Source: Antedon mediterranea
Taxonomy: Eukaryota > Animalia > Echinodermata
DNA: 64,000 nucleotides
Assembly: GCF_964355755.1 (NCBI RefSeq)
Contig: NC_092679.1
Coordinates: 20,257,432 to 20,321,431 of the forward strand
Direction: 5' to 3'
The notes below the pieces were generated by a model. It saw only the letters and a program-made list of their open reading frames with translations. It was not told the origin of the DNA and made no database searches. Shown in pieces: positions 24,390 to 36,700 of this stretch. Both the position numbers and the translations under genes were made by a program. How positions within the stretch are numbered: position 1 is the first letter of the stretch; each line of letters begins with the position of its first letter.

Positions 24390-24695
24390 ACCTTGATCTT
24401 TGACCCTCACCCTTCAAAATTTAACCATAATTATATGATGAGTCATCGATCATTGTGGCTAATTTTGGTGAGAATCGGATAAAAACTGTTGTCTCTAGAA
24501 AATAGTTTTTTGTTAGTTGTGACCTTGATCTATGACCTTTTCCTATCACAATCGAACTCGTCCGAGCTTTTGGGGCATAGATCATTGTGGCCAAATTTGG
24601 CCGGATTCGGATGAAAACTGTGGCCTCCAGGCTGTTCACAGACACACACACACAAACACACAGGGGTGAAAATATAACCTCCTTGGCGGAGGTAA
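24390..24695 (-). mobile_element. Helentron/DINE-1-like non-autonomous element, 5' part
   Basis: Minus strand begins TTACCTCCGCCAAGGAGGTTAT (subterminal inverted repeat), followed by a (GT)n microsatellite and GACCTTGA-type motifs. Confidence 0.55.
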
Positions 24696-27675
24696 CTACT
24701 AAATGTATAAAGTAAACTATGCAATTTATTCCAAGTGAATCAAGTGAGGATTCTCAATAAATAAATAAAATATACAATATACAATATTTGATAAGACAGT
24801 GCAATTGAGAAAAGAGTATGTTGATAATGTGGTCAGTGCATGGTAATATTGGGCTTGGCCCATCTCATCTGACCAATTAAGATTAAGAGAATTAATGTGG
24901 TTTACTTGAAATCCATTAGCTAGAAAAGTGAAGGTAACCTGTCAATGTGAGGTTAAATAAAAAGATATATACAGGATGTATAAATAATCAAATTAAAAGT
25001 AAATGTTAAAATGCAAACCCCAAAGCACGTCTGGGAGAATAGAGTCTATGAAAACATTTCCTGATAGATACAGTATTATTGAGATGCATGTAGACGGTAA
25101 TCTGTAAAATCTTGTTCAATGAATAATGACTTTGTTCTTGCTGTCAGTCTAGGCCGGTATTATCATAATTCACTGTCAAATAATCAAAACTTTATTTTGG
25201 CTGTATTTACAATGACTCCCATTTGACTGTCAATCTAGGCCGATATTATAATACTGTCAGATAATCATTAAATTATGATCAAAACAGTCAATAATAAAGT
25301 TTTTGTTTGTAATAGGATACAATTTGTTCACACTTGAATGTCCCATTTATCACTTGTTGACATCTAGGCTTGATGAAGTGACCCCCAGACTTGACCTTAG
25401 CAATAAATAAACTAAAATGACAGAAATTTAGTCTGTTTAGTGGTCTAAAATTGGCTTTAATATATATTATTTAGACATCATTTTTATTTAATTTATTCAA
25501 TAAGCACATCATCTTTTACAGATTCAGTATTATGACATATCAAAGTATTAATTCTTGTTGTATTTTAGTTCAAATACAAAAGTTATTCACTTCCTTCAAA
25601 AAAAAATTATTATTCATTTATAAAAAGAGAAAAGAAACCATTGTCTGACAGACAATTTAAGTATTTTTTGCTTTAAATTACATTTTTTCTGGTAAATACT
25701 TTTTTGGTTAAAGTGAATAAGTATTTTGTGACAAAAAAAAAATTCAGGGGGGACAATATATCTTTAAAACTAAGAAATATTTCTTGTTTTTATTTTATGT
25801 CTTTGGCACATGTGGCCAAGAATTACCAATAGTAAATCATGAAGTTATAAACTCCATGATACCATACTGTACACCGCACCAAAGCCAACTGTGCACAAGC
25901 TTGCATGTTTCAGTCCATCACATGGGTGGGGGGCTGCAGGATACAGTCCAACAGTCGTACAAAACGTACTACAGTCGTACAAAACAAGAAATAAGGCCAT
26001 GGCCTAACTTGGCTTGGAGTCATTGGTCAACTAGGTCTACTTGACCTGGCTTGGCTAGCCTACTATTTTAGGCCTAGGCTTAGTCTAACTAGCTAGAGTA
26101 GGGCTAGCCTAGCTAGGCTAGGCCTAAAAAATCGGACAGAAAATGTGGAGTTATTTACCTGTATTTCACTAATACAAATCTAACAAGCAATTATAGTCAA
26201 CAAAATATTGATAATAAGTGACAAAGTATCATTTTAAAGTTAATATTGTGCCTTAAAAGGGGTTATTTGATTGTCAATTGGCTGTGTTTACAAAGGGCTG
26301 TCACATACGGGATGCTGACTGGAAGAAAGAGCATGCTGCAGGGATGACAGCACATGTTTTTCCACTGTATTGCATTTTTTTTCTAATATAATAATGCGTA
26401 TAGGTTATACTGTAGATATTAAAAAACCTTAGGCCTACTTAATATGAATGAATGCGCTGCTTGCACAGCATTTATTGTCAAATATATAAAATATTTAAAA
26501 TGTGAAGTTTGTACACAGACAAGGCTCTTAAAATTATAAAAAACATCAAAAAACACGATAATGAAAAAACACATCAAAAGAATAATATAATTCCTGTACG
26601 ATGTTTTCTAATTTAATTATACAAAAATAAAACAAGTTTTAACAAAATGTCCATGTCAAAGGAGAAAATAAATTGTTAAACGTATTGCAATTAAACTCCA
26701 GTCGTTCTGACGGTTTGACAGGCTCGTCCATTGTACTAAATAGGTAACATACCTTTTTCTTACAATTTTCAAAGTTAATAATTGCTCTATTGTTAGTCAA
26801 CTGAAACTGTTGTTAGTTGATATAATTAATGTTATTCTGTTACTATTTGCAGCATTTTTTTTAAAGTACCAGTTTATGTGTAATTGTTTATTTCATTCTG
26901 TAAAACTGGTTAATTAAGCAAGATTAGCTGATAAGAACGAAATGAACTAATATTAAATAGGCCAAAACCCCCCAACACATTTCTGTTTATAAGGGAATTA
27001 TACTAAATGGACAAAAAATGAATAAAATATAAAGTAGTATACCCAATGGACGGGCACCTTGATAAATTAAGTGCATACATGTTCTATAAATGGATATATA
27101 ATGTGTATATGAAACGTCATTTATATCCTGGATTTATAAAGCGCTTTATATTGTGAAATCTATATGTAAGCCCTGATAATACAGTAGAAACTGAGGGAAA
27201 CCAAAATCGAAGTATGGTGATACGCCCTGGCGGTAACTCTGGAATCTCTCTGTGAAAGGCTGGATACATAACCATTACACTCGCATTCACATGGTTGTGG
27301 TGAAATTAGCTTAATCACACACAGCATTAAGACAGAATGAAAAAAGTTGTAAATATTTTCCCGAAAAATCTTATGTAGACCTAGAGGAATTTTACAGTAG
27401 GTGGAGGTATGCACTCTCGGAGTGCCGTTTAGTTGTTATTATAAAAGCCTTTTACCCACTGTTGAATACTGTAGGTTATTGTTGCTAGTTGACTATTTAA
27501 AGCTGCATTATACACGAACGAGCACTTACAAAACACAAATCATACGAAGGCCATATCGTATTGTTACATGTTTTCTTTATGTTCATGGGAAATATTTCCA
27601 ATTTGTATTCAAACCGATCCATGCATGCTCTTCCGTGTTCGATATTGAATAGTTAATTTTGTACAGTAAGATAGC

Positions 27676-30600
27676 ATGGATACCAGCTTACGTGTATTTC
27701 GACCAAATGATATCAAAATCAAGAATACTCTGGGAGGTAATGATAAATTCAATGTTTTCATTGGAATTGTAAAAGATACTGGAAAGTTAGTAGTTGTGAA
27801 GAATGTTACGATTGGCGAACATAAACGGGAGTTAGATGTATTGAAGAATCTACGACACAAAAATGTTATCCGACTGTTGGGGACTATTGAGCAAGAACTG
27901 TCCACGTCAACGGGGTTAGTGCTTGAATATGCACCCAATGGTAGCCTATATGAGTTCTTACATAAGAAGCCTAGAACTCATTTCGATTACTTAGATTGGT
28001 GCAAACAGGCCGTAAGTTCGGTCGTGTATATTCACGATAAAGAAATATCGCATAGAGATATAAAATCTAAGAATTATTTAGTGTTTGGAGCTGTTATCAA
28101 GTTAACCGATTTCGGCTTGTCAAAATTCCTAAAGGACGGTAACTCGCGAAATGTACGCGGTACGATTCTCTGGATGTCTCCTGAAGTCCTGACGGAAGCT
28201 GAAGATGTGGATTATTTTAAATCAGATATATACTCCTTAGGAGTAGTCTTATGGGAATTGTATCACCAGAGAAAACCCTACCAACAAGTAAGTATTCTAA
28301 GCGTCCTGCAACATGTCATTCACAATAAAGGTCATCCAGAAATTGATGATTCATGTGACGTACGCTTGCGTGATGTGATGCTGAATTGCTGGAATTACCA
28401 ACCAGATCAAAGACCAAATGCAGAGCAGATTCTGACGTCACTTGATAACGTACCTGAAACATTGGTCAGAAGCAGTTCGAGGGAAAAAGAGAAACAAATA
28501 CATAGAGTACGGATAGTATATTGCTTCTTGTATTTTAATGTTTAATTCTAGTGTACGTCAACATCTTAACAGATTTAACATGCATTCTTTTAATTTCTGC
28601 CTCATCGATAACTATAAATATTAGGCAGATCCGTATACATGAGTTTGCTCAAACTCTCTATTCTTAATAGTTCAGTGTCGTCATACATTTAGTATATGTT
28701 TAGATTTTGAAATAGGTCTAATCATTAATACCTGCAATACAGTACAATTACATCATTTTTGTAAATACATCAATATAATTTTGTAATGGTAATATGCTCA
28801 TCTTTTTCCATTAATTGATGAATTTTATATTTGCAGGAAGAAGATCAGACCGCATTTCAACATTTGCTAGCAAACCTCAGCAAAGATTATGCTGGTAATA
28901 AATACCGTTGGTTAAGAATGCTTCTACATGATATTATACCAAGTGGAGATTTAGAATATAGCACTACAGGGCTTGACTTATTTAATAAACTTGTTGACAT
29001 CGGAAAGATTTCAATTACTGATGTCACCCTCTTGTCAGATGTTGCTGAAACCACCGAACAGACATCGGCAAAAGATCGTATTGCCGAATATAAAAGGACT
29101 GTACAATGCAGTGAAACATTAGGAACAAAATTAACATCATATCGAAGGGCACTTTTTGAAGCCCTCATGAATGTTGGGCATGATGATTTACTTAAGGTCA
29201 TTGGTTTCTATACACTTAAGCACCATGGCTTTGACAATATATGGGATGTTGTCTTTCACCTTGAGCAACAGGAACTATTAATTGATACCCAAGAAAAGTG
29301 TAAACGGTTTGCAGATCTTCTGAACAAAAAGACAGGGAGGATTTTACTAGGTAAATCTTGATAATTATAATTATACATTTCTGGTTATATATAATAATAC
29401 TATTAGAATCAAATTTGGTGGAAGAATTTTTCAATTCTGAATTTACTCGAATGTTAGAATAGATGTCATAATGTAAATGTCTTCTTTTCCCACAGCTGCT
29501 TCTAAGACCCTACTAAGGTAAGAACACTTTACCAAAACGGATAAAAATAAGATAACTCGAGATTTTAACATTTTTTCGGACGTAACGAATTGATTGATTT
29601 TTCTGATAATCATTAGGCATGATGGTCTGTTAGTATAAGTTATTCACAAAATTCAGGACGATAAACATACATGTAAAGCTAGTAGCCATAATATTAGGGT
29701 TTGACAAAATGCTTGTGGCGAATGAATATGATTTGATTTCAAAAGTTTAAAGTTAATTATAATTGCCCTTTGAAACTGGGATTTAATAAATAGTATGTAT
29801 TAGTTTACCAAGCCTGAAATCAACACATCATTTATTTAACAAGCTAATCGATGTCAGTGATAAAACTTTACAAATTTAGAGATGCAACCTGTATGCCTTC
29901 TCTTCAACAATCCGAAGTAACTTTACAACCTGTAACAGCTTCTTTTCTCGAACCAAATGCGAAGATAACGACTGAAACATTTGTCAGTAGTAGTGCCAGG
30001 GAGAAAAAGAAGCACTTACCAGTATACAGAGTAAGGATAGTATAAACCATCTTGCATTGTACGCTTAGTGAAGTAAAACATTTCTCAGAAGTAATGTTCT
30101 TTTAAATGAATAATGATAATAATAACTTGTTTGAAGGTTTGCATGGCGAAATCAAATGTTTGCGGTACACCACGTATATTAATTCTGAAAAGAACTGTTG
30201 AGAAAGTCTTTCTGCATTCTCACTCCTGAGGACGATCAAAGCATATTGATCGAAACGTCGAGAAACTCAACAGTTCTTTTCAGAACTACAGTAATATACG
30301 TGGTTTACCGCAAACTTTATATCAACGATAGTAGTAACAACAATAATATACTAATAATAGAAGATATCTTTATTTTTTTAGATCTATTTGTCAAAGACAC
30401 TGGTTATTGTTATCGCTATTGTTATTTTGATTGCAAGCGTATATGTACAATTACAAACCACCACAGCGCCTCCTAAAAATTGGCTAGCAGAAGCGATGAA
30501 ACGAATGAGGGAAAATCATCTTGAAAAAAACAAAGGAGGGACGGTAAGGCTAACATTTAGATGATTGTACTTCTGACTGGATTATTATTATTATTCATGG

Positions 30601-31018
30601 CGATTTCGTTCTTTGCATTGGTAATGAGTTCAGTTGGTGCCCAATAGTATAAGGCCTGTATTTAGCACCAATGTACAATTACGGCTTGTATTGCAGCTCT
30701 TCATACATTGCAATACAGCTGCGTATGTTGTTACAATTCTACTGTTACAAGTAAGCATACCAATGATTATTATTCGTTCAGGTGGTTTTTGTGAATAGTA
30801 TTTAAAGTTTATTTTTAATATCACAGGTGAAAGTATACGATCGGGAATTCAGCTTTAAATCTGGCCATGAATTGTGGAAGTATTACTCGACCGCTACTGA
30901 TGTTGTAACTGGGACCAAAGCGAAAGCCGGGGGATATCAGTCAATGGATGGGGCTAATCAGCACGCTGTCGAAAACCTTATCTATAAGCTCATGGCAAAA
31001 GGTTTGATAAAAAATTGA
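27676..31018 (+). CDS. TKL-type protein kinase - tandem DED - linker - TM - ALF-like protein, 623 aa; exons 27676-28506, 28837-29350, 29496-29517, 29880-30030, 30382-30543, 30827-31018
   Basis: Kinase motifs VVVK, HRDIKSKN, DFG, GTILWMSPE, SDIYSLG. DED pattern FQHLLANLS...GLDLFNKL...DVTLL, with a second repeat LTSYRRALFE. Hydrophobic LVIVIAIVILIASVYV. All introns are GT-AG and phase-compatible (1872 nt total). Kinase and DED exons are firm; linkage to the last two exons is inferred. Confidence 0.7.
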
Positions 31019-33770
31019 AACTGAATTTTCTATGAATTACAGATTAGACTATCTATAGATTGATTTTAGTGTAGTTCAATTGATAATATATCATAGTAAC
31101 TTTGAGCTATTTAATAATACAGGTATCGTCTTATAATGGAATTTGGATGATGTCATTTTGATGTATTTTGTGTTTTAAAACTTGCTACTATAAAACATTT
31201 ATACATATAATCCTAATTAAAATGTTTGATTGGGGAAGATAATCTTTTTGGAGACTAAAGCAATTTTTATATTAATTTTAAGTTTAAATGAATTATACAG
31301 TAACTAATTACTGTATCATAGGCCTTAATTTGTTTTTTCTTCGTTAAACTTTGTTTTATATGAATTATCATTTTCCTATGTAAGCTTTTCATTTCAATTA
31401 TGAGTTGTATTTTGAGTCTTTTTATACCGATTAAATAAATAAAAATAAAAAGCATGGAGGAAAGAGCAATGACAATCATAAAGGGAACCTAAAAATAAAC
31501 GTTTTTATACAAATTAAAAGTGATCGGAAAGGACATGTGGCTTCGTAGCCTCAGGGAGGGAAACTGACCTAACCTGACCCCCCACTTAAAAATCGTTCCC
31601 GCGCCGATGATTCGTAGTGTGCCTTGTTGAGTTTCTTTTTTAAGTATACCATGTCGTTCAAAATGTAAGTAGGCCTAACATGTTTTTCAATCAGTTATGT
31701 TGTTTTCGTGACATTATAGACATGTGTATTTTAATGTTTTAGATAAATTTGATAGTAGGCCTACAGTATTAAATTTGCAAACATTACTATATTTGAATAA
31801 ATAATGAATTGGTCTCCATAAAAGTGCTCTCTAATATAAGTGCTTACAACTTTCTAAAACCACTATATGGAACTTGTATTGAAGTATTTACATCAGTATA
31901 TTTTACGCGTTTTGTGACGTTTGTGTTTGGCCACGATACAGTTTATACAATATACAATGCATACACATACGATTCAATAGTGTATGTATACTATATTGTA
32001 GTTACACTAACACCATCTATTACAGTACATGGAAGGAAGTAGGACACCTACACATATTTTAGTTGAATTTTCTACGAAGTCTATATAGCCTAGGACAGGC
32101 CCGTATGCAGCATTTATAATGGGGGGTGCAAGCGAAGCGAGCAACAATGGCTGGGGGCCAGGGGGCCGCCAAGGGCCCCCAGTAATTTGCGTTATTTGAC
32201 GTTCTAAAGACTGATGTAAGACTCTCTGTTGTGGCTTGGGCTAGTTGAACGATGGACACCAGAACTTAACGCTTTCATGATGAGGCCAACTCAGCAGGGG
32301 TGGCGCCAGGATCTTCCCGACGCGGGGGCTACATTCCCCGACGAGGGGGCTATGCGAGCGAAGCGAGCATCACTAGGCTGAGGGCCAGGGGCCGCCAAGG
32401 GCCCCCGGTGGGGTCCAGGGGCGAAGCCCCCGGAAGCAACGCGTTCTAGCGTCATTTGAGGTCTTTTTAATCAGATTTAGGGTAGCCATTTTTTCCATTT
32501 TTTATAATGCATAAATAAAATACTGCGTGCAAAAAAACGATGCGCGATGACTCTTTCAATCCATATTTTTCAATTTAAAAAATAAAAGTTCAAAGAAAAT
32601 TTAGAAAAATAGAGTTGGAGGTCCCGGAAATTGGACTTATTATACTTCAAAACATGAAAAAAAATATATAAGTCCCTATCATGGGTTGTGACTGAGCTAA
32701 GAAATGTTTGAAAAATAGAGATGTTAGGTCCCGGAAAATGTACTTCTTGTTCTTCGAAATATGACCAGCTTTATTGTTGGGGCTGAGCTAAGAAAATGTT
32801 TAAAACTAGAGCTGCAGGTCTTCAAAAAATTGCATTTTATACTTTGGAAACATCAGGCCTAGAGGCTTAAAAAACGCAAGCGTAGACCTTTTTCATTCGG
32901 GGAAAAAAGTTTATTCCTCCCAGGTGTATGCATGCGTACCATCTGGACTTCCGAGTGGTGAGAAATTCATGACATACAGGATATTGAAAATGTAATAACT
33001 ATAGCTATAATGTAATGTACAAAGACTGGGCATTTAGCTTTTCAATGCAAAGCTGATATAATCTGTTTCAAGTGTCATTTACCAGGGCATACTAGGGACA
33101 GATGTAATGTTGAAGCGCATAATGTATCATCATCTGGTTCACCTGGTGCATACATTAATAAAGTTTGGGAATCGGTTTTTAACTTTGAAAACCCAAAAAA
33201 TAATAATGCTAACGATAACCACTACGGGAAAAGAGCTACGGTACAATCTGATACAGAAACACATGATGAAGTGTTTAGTATTGATGGAAGTAGTGAATCA
33301 TCAGATGATGAAAATGCGCAGAAAGAAACAAGTGTGATCACTATAGAACAACACACAAACCAAAATGAGCAGGAAGATGATGACAAAGAGGAGCAGAGAG
33401 AAGAGCAGGAAGTGGACGAAAGAGAGGAGGAGGAAGTTGAAGAAGGAGAGGAAATAGAAGTACCGGGAAGAAAGTACCAGAAAGCTGAAGAAAGAGAGGA
33501 GCAGGAAGTTGGGGAAAGAGAGGAGCATGAACAGAAGAAGGTAACTGACTACTTTGAAAAAAGTATGCAAAAAAGTAAAAGTGTTAGCACAAACAAGAAA
33601 GCAGCGAGAGATCTGAAGGAACAGTCCGGAAATGAAGGCAGGATAGAAGAAAAAACAAAGAGTATTGAAAAAAGAAGTTTAAGAAAGAGAAAAAAAAACA
33701 AGTAATTTAATCTTAATAATATGTATTCTAAATATTGTAATTTCCCTAGGAAGCTCTTTACTCTAATCTT

Positions 33771-36700
33771 ATGAATTTACATTGTATAACACTAAACGTT
33801 AGAGGAGCTAGAAATATAAATAAGCAACATAAGCTATTCCAATGGGTAAAAGATCAAAAAGCGGATATATGTCTGCTTCAGGAAACCCATCTAACAAATG
33901 AGATTATTAATAAATCAAACTTTGTTTGGGAAGGTGAAGCGATCCATAGTATAGGTAATTCACATAGTAGAGGAGTGTCGATACTATTACGAAAAGGTCT
34001 TGAATGCAAAATTGTTAAAAAGTTAACTGATATTGATGGAAGATATATATTTCTTAATTTAATGATAAATGAAAAGGAATTGGACATTATAAATATTTAT
34101 GCTCCTAATGAAAGCAAAAATAGAAGTGCATTCTTTAGGACCATACACAAATGTTACAATGACTTTGATGGAGGGAAGGGTAATTCTATCATTCTAGGTG
34201 GAGATCTGAATTGCATCATGAATAGTGACATTGACCAAAAAGGTAGCGCAAATAGGTCTGATAAATCTGTTTTTACGATTAAAAACCTAATGAAAAATTT
34301 AAATTTAAATGATATTTGGAGATCCAAAAACATGAATAAGCGACAATTTACGTGGCGTAAGAGATTTAACAACATTTTCCGTAGGCTGGATTACTGGTTA
34401 ATATCAGAAGATCTCTTTTTAAATGGAGATGTTTTAGCCTGTGACATTCGTCCAGCTATTCTCACAGATCACCAGGCGGTATCAATTAAAATAGATTTGC
34501 ATGAAAAAAAACGCGGTCCTGGTTTATGGATGTTCAACAATAGCTTTCTGAAAGATGAAACATTTACAAAATTAGTAATTAAAATAATTGATGTTTCAAT
34601 ACTAAAAAATAATAGAGAACCTGTAAGTGCAAGTTTGTTATGGGAGCTTGTAAAAACAAAAATAAAAGAATTTTCAATTGCATACGGAAAACAAAAAAAT
34701 AAAAACCAGAATAAAAAGAAAGAAAAATTACAAAAACAAATAAAAAACTTAAATGAAACTAGACATGTAACTCGTCACTTTGACGAGTTTGGTTATCCGC
34801 CGCGCCGCGCAAGTGGTGCAACATTAACATTAAGGGGATAGGTTGAGGACAAAAGGAAGTGTTCACGTTGGCATTATGACCTGAACTGAAGAATATGATA
34901 TGTTGTTATTGCTGAATTTTATTATTTAAATTCATATATAGTATACACAGTATAATCTGTATCTATCACATACAGTGACATACATAGAATAGGTGAAGTT
35001 ACGGGACCCGCTATTTATTGCAATTTTTTAACATGTTTACGGTTTTAAAATGAAACGCGAAGGTAGCAATTCCGAAAGGAAATTATCTCAGCAACAACGT
35101 ATTAGCGTGTAGAAGAAATTTGAATACGTGAAATATTGATGCGCGCTCTTTTAAATGTAATGAATTATGACGCAAAAGATGAAAATACGACCTTTTTTAT
35201 TTAACTGGCCATATGATGACGTCACAACATCCGATTGGCAACATTTTTACATAATTTCGTATCTACAATCCAATAGCTTCCAGAAAAAGTTTTAATCGTG
35301 ATTATCACATTTTATTCTTACGAGCTATAACAGATTAACATTTACTGTAAAGATGAAATTAATGCCACACGTGATTTAAATTTTTAGGCACGATGACGTC
35401 AAAAAAATTAAAATATTTTTAACTCATGCGAAAGATACTTGATTTACCTAGACAATATCAAAATCGGGGTGAAAATGGAAAACGGATAAGTGGAGATGCG
35501 CTCTATTCAATGTGATGAGCTATGACGAAAGATACAAAAATCCTAAATTTTATATTCGCATGGCCATACGATGACGTCATAATGTCCGGTTACCCATATT
35601 AATACCTGATCCGATATCTACAACTCATCTACTTCCAGAATATGTCATCCACAAAAATTTGACCGTCTAGTTTAGAAATTACGACTGTTTAAAAAAAGGC
35701 ATATTTTAAACGAATTTTTTAACCTTTTCATAAAAAACGCGCGCAAATTGTCCAATTCGACGTGCTCGTATGACGTATCTTTAAGTCGAAATTGTTTAAA
35801 ATTTGGTAAAATTACTAGAAAAGGCTGAAAAAACATAAATCACGCGAAAAAAATACGTTTTCAATGCTACGTGCGTACCGTACACGTAAAAATGTGCGCA
35901 CGCGTGGGAATTTTTGACATGCTCAAAACGACATGAAACGCGTAGAAAGTTGATTAGAAATTAATTTTGCGCATTTTGAAATTTTAAATGCGCGTGCGCG
36001 CGTAACTTTGTGTAAAATACGCAATTTTTTTTTCAACAGACAGTTAGCGCATGATATAAATTAAACTTTTGCAAAGTTTCACTTTAAAATGTTATTTGGT
36101 TTTCGACATATGTTAAATACGAGAAAATCGTTAAATCGCGCGTACGTCACGTTGCGCAATTGTAAACATCATGAAAAGCTTCGCTTGACGACGTTACGTG
36201 AATGTCAAAATGTTAACATAGTTAACAAAATGTTATGTTTGCAAGTTTTAGAGAAAAGCGTTACACAAAAATCATACAGAAAGAAAGAAGATGACAAAAA
36301 AGATGATGATTTCGTACAATCACAAGAGGTTATCCTGCAACTTCGTTGCGGATAACCAACAATTATGAATACTCAAAATTGTGATATAACCATTGAAAAT
36401 AAAATTGAAAACAAAAAAATAGAGCTTGAAAACATTTATAATGTAGAAGCAAAAGGCGCGCAAATTAGGTCCAGAGTAAAATGGATAGAGGAAGGCGAGC
36501 GGAATACAAAATACTTTCTTGGGTTAGAAAGATCCAAAAGTAAAAAGAAACACATAAAAAGTTTAATTACTAAAGATGGGAGCTTAGCAACGAGCCCAAT
36601 TGATATTTTAAAGGAACAAATACAACATTTCGAAGGTTTATACGCAAAAAATGTTATAAACCCTGGAAAAATTAATAAATACCTTTGTAATTCTATTATA

